DNA from: an uncultured Chitinophagales bacterium
GTDB lineage: Bacteria > Bacteroidota > Rhodothermia > Balneolales > DATFMH01
DNA length: 64,000 bases
Assembly (NCBI GenBank): GCA_964572735.1
Contig: CAZNHE010000007.1
Location: 7,492-71,491, forward strand
Direction: 5' to 3'
Both the position numbers and the translations under genes were made by a program. This document shows, one piece after another, positions 8,111 through 17,997 of the stretch (its first letter is position 1; each line of letters opens with the position of its first letter). Under the pieces are notes generated by a model. The model saw nothing but the letters and a program-made list of their open reading frames with translations, searched no databases and was not told the origin of the DNA.

Positions 8111-9217
8111 TTAACTGACCCGTTTCCTGCGGTTCCTTATATAATCCTCAAAGACGTATCCTCCCAGTTTATCAAGAGCGGCATAATAGGCACGACCGTG
8201 GTTAGCCTCCGTCAGTTCCCGGACGAAATTTTGCAGATAGGGATCGCGGGCTATCATAAAGGTTGTGATGGAGACCTGTTCGCGCCGGCACTTGACGGCC
8301 TCATCCAGAACCTTGTTCACAATCCTGCGATCCAGGCCAAAGCTGTTTTTATACATGCGTCCGTTGTGGATCATGCACGAAGGTTTCCCGTCCGTGATCA
8401 TGAAGATCTGCTTGTTGGTATGTTTGCGGTGCTGCAGGATATTGCGCGACAATTCAAGTGCAGCCTTCGTGTTGGTATGATACGGACCAACCTTCAGATA
8501 AGGCAGGTCCTTTAACTGCACCTGCCAGGCTTCGTCTCCGAAGGCGATGATATCCAGTGAATCTTTCTCGAACTGGTTCATGATCAATTCTGAGAGAGCC
8601 ATAGCCACCTTCCGGGCGGGCGTGATCCGGTCTTCTCCATATAAAACCATAGAGTGGCTCAGATCAATACACAAAGCCGTTGCCACCGTTGAATAATGGT
8701 TCGATTCATAGATGCGCAGATCATCCTCCCGCAGAGAAAAATGATTGATGCTGCTGTGTTTCAGCGAATTCAGAAGAGTTCCCGTAGCATCGATCTCATG
8801 GATGTCGTCGCCAAACTGCCAGTCGCGTGCCTCCGGCTCCCGTTCGAGCCCTTTGCCGGTATGGTTTGTACTGTGATTGCCGAATCCGTTGCGTTTAAGA
8901 CCTCTGAAGATTTCCTCGAGAGATTTCTGCCGCAGCCCGCGTTCGGATTTAGCCGTAAGAATCACCGCTCCTGTTTGTTCATCGTTGCCAAGATATCCCC
9001 GTTCGCGCAGTTCTTCAATGAAGTCGGCAATGGAATAGTTGTCCTCGTCATCCGTCAATCCATACTCCTTATCCAGGTCCGTGAGCCATCTCAAAGCCTG
9101 AGCCGCATCTCCTCCGCTTATCAATAAGAGCTGATCAAAGATGTCTTTCAGCCGGTTGAAAAGAGAATCTTTGTTCCGCTGCATGCGCGGATCCCATTTG
9201 AGATACTGTATATGCAT
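8111..9217 (-). CDS. VWA domain-containing protein (CoxE-like architecture)
   Basis: A MIDAS-type motif DLSHSM is followed by IAFGDEA and ITDGKPS, which is the Rossmann-like VWA pattern, in the C-terminal half. The N-terminal half of about 180 aa is not recognised. Confidence 0.75.
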   Translation of the reverse strand: MHIQYLKWDPRMQRNKDSLFNRLKDIFDQLLLISGGDAAQALRWLTDLDKEYGLTDDEDNYSIADFIEELRERGYLGNDEQTGAVILTAKSERGLRQKSLEEIFRGLKRNGFGNHSTNHTGKGLEREPEARDWQFGDDIHEIDATGTLLNSLKHSSINHFSLREDDLRIYESNHYSTVATALCIDLSHSMVLYGEDRITPARKVAMALSELIMNQFEKDSLDIIAFGDEAWQVQLKDLPYLKVGPYHTNTKAALELSRNILQHRKHTNKQIFMITDGKPSCMIHNGRMYKNSFGLDRRIVNKVLDEAVKCRREQVSITTFMIARDPYLQNFVRELTEANHGRAYYAALDKLGGYVFEDYIRNRRKRVS

Positions 9218-9470
9218 GGGTGCCTTTGTTATACGGGCTTAAACCCGCGATGAACGTGTTAGTCAAAGAAAGATTCGGATGCCTTTTATTTTGAGCTTCC
9301 GGCCGCCGGGAAGCCCCGGTGCTGAGGACGAAATTTTTCTTGCAATCATAATCACAACGAACAATCGCCGGGAATCATTCTTATAGTGAGCGGCTTATCA
9401 AAGGATTTTTTACTTTTGTGGAAGCATACCCCGGATCAGAATGTAAGAAATCTTAAGAAGATATTTTGGG

Positions 9471-10094
9471 ATGAATGAAGGAGACAGGTACCATATTGAG
9501 GATCGGTTATGGAAAGAAGGATACCAGCGGATCATGGGACTGGATGAAGTAGGGCGTGGCTGCCTGGCGGGACCGGTAGTTGCCGCGGGAGTGATCCTGG
9601 ACCCGAATGACCGCATCGAAGGGTTGTGCGACAGCAAGAAGTTACATGTCGCAGAACGAGAACGTCTTGCTCCGATCATTAAAGAAAAAGCGATATGTTG
9701 GATGATCCGTGAGGGATCAGTGACTGAAATCGAAGAATACAACATATTATGGGCTTCCCTTCTGGCTATGGAAAAATGTGTGGCGCAGTGCCGGCCGGCT
9801 CCCGATTACCTGCTGGTCGACGGCAACCGCTACCTGGACAGCCTTACGCCTGCAATGTGCCTTATCAAAGGAGACGACAGGTCAGCGTCCATCGCGGCGG
9901 CGTCCATCATTGCCAAAGTGTATCGCGACCATCTGATGCACGAGCTGCACAACGATTATCCTGATTTCGGCTGGAATTCAAACGTGGGATATCCCACCCG
10001 CCGGCATTACGAGGCGCTGGAAAAACTGGGCTATACGGATCATCACAGGAAGAAATTCAACCTGCGCACGAACAGGAGATTTGGTGGTTATTAA
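9471..10094 (+). CDS. rnhB: Ribonuclease HII
   Basis: GLDEVGRGCLAGPVVAAGV, DSKKL, VDG and ASIIAKV are the canonical RNase HII active-site blocks. Confidence 0.9.
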   Translation: MNEGDRYHIEDRLWKEGYQRIMGLDEVGRGCLAGPVVAAGVILDPNDRIEGLCDSKKLHVAERERLAPIIKEKAICWMIREGSVTEIEEYNILWASLLAMEKCVAQCRPAPDYLLVDGNRYLDSLTPAMCLIKGDDRSASIAAASIIAKVYRDHLMHELHNDYPDFGWNSNVGYPTRRHYEALEKLGYTDHHRKKFNLRTNRRFGGY

Positions 10095-10110
10095 CCTTGA
10101 TCCTCAATTT

Positions 10111-10142
10111 CGGTAGAGACGTGACATTTCGCGTCTCTACCG
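10111..10142. terminator. Strong hairpin between convergent rnhB and rodA (possible bidirectional terminator)
   Basis: CGGTAGAGACGTG-ACATTT-CGCGTCTCTACCG forms a 13-bp stem (one G-U pair) with a 6-nt loop. There is no clean U-tract on either side, so the terminator function is inferred from position only. Confidence 0.45.
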
Positions 10143-10202
10143 GCACCTGTGTCGATCTGTACCCACCTTAACTTCTCTCTCCGATCCAGCCAGGAATTCT
10201 CA

Positions 10203-11456
10203 TCACGCAAAGATGCTGAACTCCCTGTCGTACAGGGCGAAATTGACGCAGATTGCCAGCATGAGGGTGTCCGACAGAAAGGCGGAACCACCGTAAGATA
10301 TGAATGGAAGAGGGATGCCGATCACGGGTAATAATCCCATGGCGCTGCCGATGTTGATGAACATGTGAATGAAGAAGATAGCGGCTACCCCCACGATAAC
10401 AAGCTGGGCAAACGGATGTTTTTGTTCACCGGCATTGCCGAGCAGTCGCAGTAGCAGTATCACGAACAAGAGGATGACGATTGATCCGCCCACAAATCCG
10501 AATTCCTCGCCGATCACACAATAGATGAAATCGGTCCACTGCTCCGGCAGGAAGCGAAGTTGTGTCTGGGTTCCTTTCATGAAACCTTTGCCGGTGAGTC
10601 CCCCCGATCCTATAGCCGTTTTGGCCTGGATAACGTTCCAGCCTGCTCCCTGCGGATCATAAGACGGGTTCGTGAAGGCTTCAATACGCGCACGCTGGTG
10701 AGGCTGAAGCACTTTCAGTAAGGCGATTTGCACTCCGACAATGATAAACACGCCACAGATAAAGGTGGTGATGGTAAGCCAGAGGCGTTTTTGGATAAAG
10801 AAAATTATGGTAGTAAGAACCACAGTCGCAGCCAGCCCCCAATACCACTCGATGATGCCGAAATATCCGATAATGGCCGGCGATATCATAAACAGGGAAA
10901 TCCCTCTGGGAAGTCCCGACCAGAAAAGCATAATCGGGATCAGAGACAGGAGGATCAATGCGGTCCCCGTATCGTTTTGAAGAAGTGTGAGCAGAGTGGG
11001 CAGCAGGATAATTCCCACTGCTACCAGTGCGGAACCGAGGCGTTCGGCCGAGATGTCACGGCGGCTCGACAGATAATTGGCAACGGCAAGGATAGTGGTC
11101 AGTTTGGTAATTTCACTGATCTGAAAACTAACCCCCGCGACTGATATCCAGCTTCTGGCGCCATTAACCTGTTCTCCGAACAGAAGCGTTGTCGCCATGA
11201 GCAGCAGAGAAAGACCATACAATAGATACGATAATTGCTGAAACGTTCGGGGGGCGGTGAATTGAGTGATCAGCAGGATGATCAGGGCAATCCCGACCCA
11301 GACAAGCTGCCTGTAAAAATTCGACTGGATATGTTCAGGAAGAAACCGCGAAACGGGTCCCTGAGTGGCACTGTAAATCGCAAAGAGGCCCACGATCGTC
11401 AGACATGCCCAGCACGAAAGCAGGATCCAGTCAATATTTCTCAGCCAGCCTTTCAT
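10203..11456 (-). CDS. rodA: Rod shape-determining protein RodA (SEDS family glycosyltransferase)
   Basis: It shows the FtsW/RodA/SpoVE pattern of 10 TM segments and the C-terminal PLPFISYGGS motif. It lies immediately downstream of PBP2 with a 4-nt overlap. Confidence 0.9.
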   Translation of the reverse strand: MKGWLRNIDWILLSCWACLTIVGLFAIYSATQGPVSRFLPEHIQSNFYRQLVWVGIALIILLITQFTAPRTFQQLSYLLYGLSLLLMATTLLFGEQVNGARSWISVAGVSFQISEITKLTTILAVANYLSSRRDISAERLGSALVAVGIILLPTLLTLLQNDTGTALILLSLIPIMLFWSGLPRGISLFMISPAIIGYFGIIEWYWGLAATVVLTTIIFFIQKRLWLTITTFICGVFIIVGVQIALLKVLQPHQRARIEAFTNPSYDPQGAGWNVIQAKTAIGSGGLTGKGFMKGTQTQLRFLPEQWTDFIYCVIGEEFGFVGGSIVILLFVILLLRLLGNAGEQKHPFAQLVIVGVAAIFFIHMFINIGSAMGLLPVIGIPLPFISYGGSAFLSDTLMLAICVNFALYDREFSIFA

Positions 11457-13291
11457 TCAGTTTCCTTCTCAGTGTTCTTCTTTTTGCCGGGAGCAAAAGC
11501 CACCATCTTGTCGAATAGCCATTTCCGCTGAATTTTTCCGGTCAGATATTTTTCGATTAACAAAGTCGAAATGGGACAGGCCGAGGCCGCACCGAAACCG
11601 GCGTTTTCAACCAGCACAGCCATTGCAATCCGGGGATGATCGTAAGGTGCAAAACTGATGAACCAGGCATGATCATTGCCGTGCGGGTTTTGAGCGGTAC
11701 CCGTTTTGCCGGCAATTTTGATATTTTTGACGTTGGCATACCATCTTGCGGTTCCTTCGGTGACAACCTTGCGCATGGCCGCTTTGACGATATCAAGGTT
11801 TTTCTCGGAAACCCATCCGATTCTTGTCTTTTCAGGATTGGTGATAATCCACTTATCGTCGGATTCATGGATGGCCCGTACAATGTGGGGCTGTACGTGA
11901 TATCCGCCGTTGGAAATCTCAGACGTAACTTCGGCCATCTGAAGCGGCGTCACAGAAACCACCCCCTGGCCGATCCCAAGATTAATGACGTCGCCAATCC
12001 CCCATTTGTTCTTCCCGAATCTTTTGTTAAAGTAAGCACTGTCGGGTATGATACCTGCGGCCTCGCCGGGCAAATCAATATGATTGAGTGTGCCTAACCC
12101 GAATTGAGTAATCAGGTCGTGCCATTTGTCCAGATCATTATTGATGCCGATCTGATTCATCAGGGAGAAGAAATAGGTGTTGCACGATACAGAGATCGCC
12201 TTTTGCAGATTCACCTCCCCGTGGACGGCGTCGCATTTATAGAGCCTGCCGTTGTAATATCCCCCTTTACAATCGACAATGGTACTCGGGGTGATCAGGC
12301 CCAGCTTCAACCCTACCAGAGCCATGAGGGGTTTAAATGTAGAACCCGGGGGTTCGCGCGAAGAGATCGCCCGGTTATAAAGGGGACGTGTGCTGTCGGT
12401 ATTCAACTTGTACCAATAATCCTGGTCGACATTGCCGGCAAGCTTCGACAGGTCGTATTCCGGGGCGCTGACCATCGCGAGGATGGAACCCGTATTGGGG
12501 TTCATTGCGACTACAGCTCCGGTTTTGTTAGACATAAGCTTCTCGGCGGTAGCCTGGAGATCGGAGTCAATCGTTGTGTACAGGTCGGCTCCCTTGGTGG
12601 GGGCATTGTCCATCTCACCTTTTTTATACGCTCCCAGCTCCTGTCCGTAGGCATTTACCAGCTTATAGGAAATACCGGTAGAGCCGCGAAGATACTTCTC
12701 ATACACTTTTTCCAGCCCGTTATTCCCCACTTCATCGCCGAGCTGATAACGATCCGATTTCTGCAGCATCTTGTCGGATACTTCCCTCAGATAACCCAGA
12801 ATATGGGCGGCTTTTACCTTGGAAGGATAATGCCGTTTGCTCTCGATTTGATGTCCGATACCCGGCAGGCGCCAGATATTTTCCTCAATCTGAGAAAAAA
12901 CGGAGAAACTGACATCCGTATACAGGCGCGACTTCCGATGCCACGAATAGGCTTGGGCTTCTTTGATGCGGCTGTTCAGGTCCTGAATGTCAACACCTAA
13001 TAATTTCGCAAGATACGGCGTGTTGGATTCCTTGTAATCCGAAGGGGTAATGGTAATGGTGAAAATGGGCTGATTATCAACCAGCAGATTGTTGTGACGA
13101 TCAAAAATTAACCCCCGTGCGGGATTGATATATTGCTGACGAACCGAATTTTGTTGGCTTAAAGGCTGATAAGTGTCGAAATCTATAATCTGAAGCTGGT
13201 ACAGGCGGCCGATGAGTACAAGGCACATACCGATTACAATCGCCTGAAGAACGCGGATCGATGATTGTACGTTTTTTGCCTTGTTCTGCAT
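11453..13291 (-). CDS. mrdA: Penicillin-binding protein 2 (elongation transpeptidase)
   Basis: The transpeptidase motifs STFK, SCN and KTGT are present, along with an N-terminal TM anchor. I chose the start at MQNKAKN (13291), 5 nt after the mreD stop. The ORF stays open to 13333. Confidence 0.9.
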   Translation of the reverse strand: MQNKAKNVQSSIRVLQAIVIGMCLVLIGRLYQLQIIDFDTYQPLSQQNSVRQQYINPARGLIFDRHNNLLVDNQPIFTITITPSDYKESNTPYLAKLLGVDIQDLNSRIKEAQAYSWHRKSRLYTDVSFSVFSQIEENIWRLPGIGHQIESKRHYPSKVKAAHILGYLREVSDKMLQKSDRYQLGDEVGNNGLEKVYEKYLRGSTGISYKLVNAYGQELGAYKKGEMDNAPTKGADLYTTIDSDLQATAEKLMSNKTGAVVAMNPNTGSILAMVSAPEYDLSKLAGNVDQDYWYKLNTDSTRPLYNRAISSREPPGSTFKPLMALVGLKLGLITPSTIVDCKGGYYNGRLYKCDAVHGEVNLQKAISVSCNTYFFSLMNQIGINNDLDKWHDLITQFGLGTLNHIDLPGEAAGIIPDSAYFNKRFGKNKWGIGDVINLGIGQGVVSVTPLQMAEVTSEISNGGYHVQPHIVRAIHESDDKWIITNPEKTRIGWVSEKNLDIVKAAMRKVVTEGTARWYANVKNIKIAGKTGTAQNPHGNDHAWFISFAPYDHPRIAMAVLVENAGFGAASACPISTLLIEKYLTGKIQRKWLFDKMVAFAPGKKKNTEKETE

Positions 13292-13295
13292 GGTT

Positions 13296-13766
13296 TCAGG
13301 GGGTTCTGAAAAGATGAATGATACTGGCAGCAATAGCGGTATAAAGGCTTCCGATCAGCAGCATATACCAAAATAACAATTCTATGGCATAGCTTTCGAC
13401 GAAGCTGGCTGCCAAAAGAAACAGCAAATTATGGGCAATCGCAAATATCAATACCACAAGGAAAATCTGCCCGGTGAGCAAACGGGACTCGCCCTGCTTG
13501 GGCAATAGATTATAGCCGAAAAAGGCGACAGCCACTTTTGCAAACATATTCAGTCCCCACAGGCCCAGGAGGGCGTCTTGCAACAGACCCAGCACGGCTG
13601 CGGTCCATATGGCACTGGTCCGGTCACGCACTGACATGATCCACAATAAATAAATCAGTACGATATCGGCGGATGTATTGAAAATCTGCAAATGCCGGAA
13701 GACGGCTACCTGCAGAAGCACGCATATCACACCGACTAAAAGATCGCGCCCCCGTTGCCTCCACAT
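13296..13766 (-). CDS. mreD: Rod shape-determining protein MreD
   Basis: A small polytopic membrane protein located between mreC and mrdA. Its start overlaps the mreC stop (TGATG). Confidence 0.75.
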   Translation of the reverse strand: MWRQRGRDLLVGVICVLLQVAVFRHLQIFNTSADIVLIYLLWIMSVRDRTSAIWTAAVLGLLQDALLGLWGLNMFAKVAVAFFGYNLLPKQGESRLLTGQIFLVVLIFAIAHNLLFLLAASFVESYAIELLFWYMLLIGSLYTAIAASIIHLFRTP

Positions 13767-14602
13767 CAGTACTGGCCTCCGGCTGCTTTTTTGATCCGGA
13801 CGACAGTGGTATCGGGCATGAACCTGATGACGAACGCTTCACTCAGAGTGGATAATGAAACAAAAGGTTTCAGGGAGATCTGCTGAATCTGACGCCCTTC
13901 TTCCGGCTGGGTATGAACGACGTATCCTATCGGAATGTCAGGCGGGCACCAGTCTCCGTAACCTGAAGTTTCGACCGTCATCCCCGAGTCGATCCGGATC
14001 GTCTGAGGTACAAAATTGAGATTCAATTGATGGGAATCCCCGTTCCATGTGACAATTCCGTAAGCTCCGTTAGCCTGAACCCTGGCACTGATCCTGAAAA
14101 GGCGGTTGTAGAAAGGCATGACTTCGGAATAGTGCGCCGAGGTGAGGATGATGCGGCCAACCAGCCCTTCGGTGGTAACAAGCGGCATCCCGACCCTGAG
14201 GCTGTCATCTTTTCCTGCATCGATGGTGAGAATATTGTTGATGCCGGTCAGGTCTTTGCTGACCACCATCACCGGCAGGAGATCAAGTTTCGTTGTATCG
14301 CGGTACCCCAGCATTTTTTTCAGATTCTCGTTCTGCCTTCTCATAGAACGCAGCCGGCTCACTTCATCCATGAGGAGAATATTCTGCCTGCGGAGTTCCT
14401 CATTGGTTTTGAGGGCCTGGCGGTAAACCCGCACATTGGCAAGCGGTTCTTCAATATAACTCATCACCGTAATACTGATGGAGCGCAGCATCCGGATGCC
14501 ACCCTCGTTTCGGCTGACCATCAGTGCCAGCGCAATCACCAGGAAAACGGCGGTTAAAATATGGTCTTTGGTGTCCTGTAACGTAAAGGACTTGAAACGC
14601 AT
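13766..14602 (-). CDS. mreC: Rod shape-determining protein MreC
   Basis: An N-terminal TM segment, a coiled coil and two beta-barrel repeats (the GLVGRI motif), located downstream of mreB. Confidence 0.85.
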   Translation of the reverse strand: MRFKSFTLQDTKDHILTAVFLVIALALMVSRNEGGIRMLRSISITVMSYIEEPLANVRVYRQALKTNEELRRQNILLMDEVSRLRSMRRQNENLKKMLGYRDTTKLDLLPVMVVSKDLTGINNILTIDAGKDDSLRVGMPLVTTEGLVGRIILTSAHYSEVMPFYNRLFRISARVQANGAYGIVTWNGDSHQLNLNFVPQTIRIDSGMTVETSGYGDWCPPDIPIGYVVHTQPEEGRQIQQISLKPFVSLSTLSEAFVIRFMPDTTVVRIKKAAGGQY

Positions 14603-14617
14603 GGATGGTCCGGATGG

Positions 14618-15685
14618 TTATGAGACCACGCTCTTGTAATAATCCAGAGATTCCAGAATAGCTCCGGTCCCCCGAACGACAGCCGTCAATGGATCTTCGG
14701 CGATGTGCACCGGGAGATCCGTTGTTTCCATGATGAGCTTGTCCAGATTTTTGAGCAGTGCCCCCCCGCCGGTCAGCATGATGCCGCGATCGAGAATATC
14801 GGCCGAAAGTTCGGGCGGGGTTTGTTCAAGCGATTTGGTGACCGATTCCACAATGGTATTGATCGATTCCGAAAGTGCTTCACGCACATCTTTGGAAGTT
14901 ACGGTTCTCGTTCTGGGGGCTCCGTTTACCAGATCACGGCCTTTTGCCGTGATCTCGAGCTCCTCATCGAGAGGGGTTGCCGAACCAATCGTGCACTTTA
15001 CATACTCACCGGTCCGCTCACCGACCAGCAGATTATGGTTACGTCTGAAATAATTGATAATATCTTCATTCAGTTCATCCCCGCCCAGGCGTACCGATTG
15101 TGCGTATACAATACCTGACAGGGCAATGACGGCGATTTCCGTAGTTCCGCCGCCGATGTCCACAATCATGTTGCCTACCGGTTCATGGACGTCGAGACCG
15201 ATGCCGATGGCGGCGGCCATCGGTTCATCTACCAGGTAGACCTCTTTGGCGCCGGCATGTTCTGCACTGTCACGCACGGCCCGCCGTTCGACTTCGGTGA
15301 TCCCGCTCGGTACGCATACCACCATTTTCCGTGTGGTGGAATACCACCGGGTTTTCACTTTTTTGATCATCCCGCGGATCATCAGTTCGGCTACCTCGAA
15401 ATCGGCGATCACGCCATCCCTCAAAGGCCGGATCGTGCGAATTTCCCGGTGCGTTTTCTCATGCATCAGCCGGGCTTCATGGCCTATGGCTACAGCCTGA
15501 TTTTCCCTGTTCAGAGCTACGATAGAGGGTTCGTTGAGTACAATTCCATGCTCGCGTTCGTAAATCAGGGTGTTAGCCGTGCCGAGGTCAATGGCGATAT
15601 CGGTGTAGAGCCAATCGAGCAGGCCTCCGGGCTTCTTGTGTTTTGACGGCTTGTTTGGGGTGTTGGCAACTTCTGTTTGGGGCAT
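14618..15685 (-). CDS. mreB: Rod shape-determining protein MreB (actin-like ATPase)
   Basis: DLGTANTLIY, DIGGGTTE and GGGALL are the actin-fold phosphate/adenosine motifs. There is a Lys/Pro-rich N-terminal extension of about 20 aa. Confidence 0.95.
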   Translation of the reverse strand: MPQTEVANTPNKPSKHKKPGGLLDWLYTDIAIDLGTANTLIYEREHGIVLNEPSIVALNRENQAVAIGHEARLMHEKTHREIRTIRPLRDGVIADFEVAELMIRGMIKKVKTRWYSTTRKMVVCVPSGITEVERRAVRDSAEHAGAKEVYLVDEPMAAAIGIGLDVHEPVGNMIVDIGGGTTEIAVIALSGIVYAQSVRLGGDELNEDIINYFRRNHNLLVGERTGEYVKCTIGSATPLDEELEITAKGRDLVNGAPRTRTVTSKDVREALSESINTIVESVTKSLEQTPPELSADILDRGIMLTGGGALLKNLDKLIMETTDLPVHIAEDPLTAVVRGTGAILESLDYYKSVVS

Positions 15686-15788
15686 AGACTGAAAGATGGA
15701 ATCAAGATATTAGAAAGATATGATACATATCGACAAAAATTACGATTTTACAAGTCATTTTGCGAATTACTCCGTAACAATAACGGAC

Positions 15789-17363
15789 TTAATGACGAAA
15801 ATGGCGGTGGCCGGTGAAGATCATAGCCATTTTGCATTTATCGGCAGCCTCGATTACTTCTGCATCCCGGATGCTTCCTCCGGGCTGAATGGCGGCCGTG
15901 GCGCCGGCCTGATGAGCCGCCAACAGGCCGTCGGCAAAAGGGAAATAGGCATCGGAGGCAATGACACTGTCGCTGAGAGACAGTCCGTATTTTTTTGCAC
16001 GTGCCACGGCAATTTCCGAGGAGTCAATACGACTGGTTTGGCCTGAGCCGATGCCGAGAGTCATCCCCTTGCCTGCAAAGACAATCCCGTTGGATTTTAT
16101 GTGCTTTGCAATTTTCCAGGCAAAAAGCAGATCGTCCCATTCCTGAGCAGTGGGCTGTCTGTGGGTAACAACGCTCATCTCATCCGCTGGCGTAATATAC
16201 TGATCTCTTTGCTGATAAAGTATCCCCCCAAACAGAGAACGGAGTTGCCAGCCGTCTTTTTCTCCGTTCCCACGGAGCATTTTTACCAGCCGCCGGTTTT
16301 TTTTCTTTTGAAGCAGATGCAGGGCGTCTTTATGAAAGTCCGGTGCAATGATGATTTCCGTGAAAATACTGTCAATAGCTTCTGCCGTTTCGGGATCCAC
16401 AGGCTGATTGACGATCACGATTCCTCCGTAAGGTGAGGAAGTGTCGGTTTTGAAAGCTTTGTCATAGGCTTCCCGAAGCGTGGAACCTTCGGCGGCACCG
16501 CACGGAATCGTATGTTTGATGATGGCACACGCGGGTTTCTCTTTCCCGAATTCGCTAATCAGTTGCAGCGCAGAGTCGATATCCAGATAATTGTTGTAGC
16601 TGAGTTGTTTCCCGTGGAAACAGTCGATGTAGGCAGACTGGTTGCCGTAGACACCTGCTTTCTGATGAGGATTTTCCCCATATCGCAGCGATGAATTCAG
16701 TGGCCATGAGCCCAAAAAGCGCTCGGGCAACGTTTCATCATCGTTTTTATTCAGATAATTTGCAATGGCCACATCATAATCGGCGGTAGCCATAAATGCT
16801 TCCTTCGCCAGATTAAAACGGGTTTGGTAGGAAATAGTGTTGTGATTTTCTATCTCATCCATAAATGAATCATACTGGTTCGGACTGGTAAGGATCCCCA
16901 CGTGCGCAAAATTCTTTGCCGCAGCTCTGACCATCGTCGGTCCGCCGATATCAATAAATTCCGTGGCACGGGCCAGCGTGCAGCCGGGCTCACTTATTGT
17001 TTGCTGAAAAGGATAAAGGTTGACTACCACCAGTTCTATGGGTGCAATACCCAGATCCTCCAGTTCCCGCCGGTCGGGATCATGGGAGGTCCGGGCCAGG
17101 ATTCCTGCATGAATCGAAGGATGCAGCGTCTTTACCCGCCCGTCCAGGCATTCTCTGAAATGGGTGACCTCGCCGACATCGGCGACCGGAAGGCCGGCCT
17201 CGCGGAGAACAGTTGCCGTGCCTCCGGTGGAGATCAATTCAACGTCCTTTTTATGCAGGATCCGGGCCAGTTCAACGATACCGGTTTTATCGGAAACCGA
17301 CAGGAGTGCGCGTTTTATTTTTACAGGAGTGCGGGGCAGTTCAGCCAATGGTTTAACAGACAC
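15789..17363 (-). CDS. purH: Bifunctional AICAR transformylase / IMP cyclohydrolase
   Basis: Full-length PurH pattern: an MGS-like N-terminal domain (ALLSVSDKTG) and an AICARFT C-terminal domain ending FTGHRHFRH. It has a GTG start. Confidence 0.95.
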   Translation of the reverse strand: MSVKPLAELPRTPVKIKRALLSVSDKTGIVELARILHKKDVELISTGGTATVLREAGLPVADVGEVTHFRECLDGRVKTLHPSIHAGILARTSHDPDRRELEDLGIAPIELVVVNLYPFQQTISEPGCTLARATEFIDIGGPTMVRAAAKNFAHVGILTSPNQYDSFMDEIENHNTISYQTRFNLAKEAFMATADYDVAIANYLNKNDDETLPERFLGSWPLNSSLRYGENPHQKAGVYGNQSAYIDCFHGKQLSYNNYLDIDSALQLISEFGKEKPACAIIKHTIPCGAAEGSTLREAYDKAFKTDTSSPYGGIVIVNQPVDPETAEAIDSIFTEIIIAPDFHKDALHLLQKKKNRRLVKMLRGNGEKDGWQLRSLFGGILYQQRDQYITPADEMSVVTHRQPTAQEWDDLLFAWKIAKHIKSNGIVFAGKGMTLGIGSGQTSRIDSSEIAVARAKKYGLSLSDSVIASDAYFPFADGLLAAHQAGATAAIQPGGSIRDAEVIEAADKCKMAMIFTGHRHFRH

Positions 17364-17403
17364 GATATTGAGATTGAGATTAAGATTGAGGTTAAAGCTA
17401 TGG

Positions 17404-17997
17404 TTAAGGTTGGGAGGTTGAGGTTAACAGATGATGAATTACCCGGGGCAGGAGCTGATGTTCCTGTTCCAGGATCTTTCGTTGCAGGCTTTCAGGAGTA
17501 TCATCCGGACTAACATTTACCCTGGTCTGGGCCAGAACGGGCCCCTCATCGTAGTGCTCAGTGACGAGGTGCACACTGCACCCGCTTTCTTTCTCGGCTG
17601 CCGCGATTACCGCCTGATGCACCTTGATCCCGTAAAACCCCCTGCCTCCGTACTTCGGGAGTAACGAAGGATGAATATTGATGATACGATTTGGATAGCG
17701 CCGGATGACTTCAACCGGGATTTTCTTTAAATATCCTGCCAAAACAATTAAATCCGGTTCCCATTCATCCAGAAGAGCGATCAAAGCTTCAGTGTATGCT
17801 TCATAACCAGGGTAATCGCCGGCTCGCAGGACTTTGACAGGAATATTGCTCTTCTTTGCCCGCTCAATGGCGCCGGCTTGTGGGTTGTCCGTAACCAGCC
17901 CGGAAACGCAGGCGTGCAGGGATTGCCGGGCGACCGCGTCGATGACAGCCTGGAAGTTGGTGCCCGAGCCGGATGCAAAAATGACGATCTTTTTCAA
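17404..17997 (-). CDS. purN: Phosphoribosylglycinamide formyltransferase
   Basis: IVIFASGSGTNFQAVID, NIHPSLLP and the overall GART fold pattern are present. Confidence 0.9.
   Translation of the reverse strand: MKKIVIFASGSGTNFQAVIDAVARQSLHACVSGLVTDNPQAGAIERAKKSNIPVKVLRAGDYPGYEAYTEALIALLDEWEPDLIVLAGYLKKIPVEVIRRYPNRIINIHPSLLPKYGGRGFYGIKVHQAVIAAAEKESGCSVHLVTEHYDEGPVLAQTRVNVSPDDTPESLQRKILEQEHQLLPRVIHHLLTSTSQP

Noticed and set aside
17375-17387. The 13-mer TGAGATTAAGATT is shared between the purN-purH spacer and 38026-38038 upstream of anmK, suggesting a possible dispersed element.
   Set aside because: In 64 kb read on both strands, many 13-mer coincidences are expected by chance. The match does not extend beyond the 13 nt. 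I keep only the periodicity of each locus as an observation.
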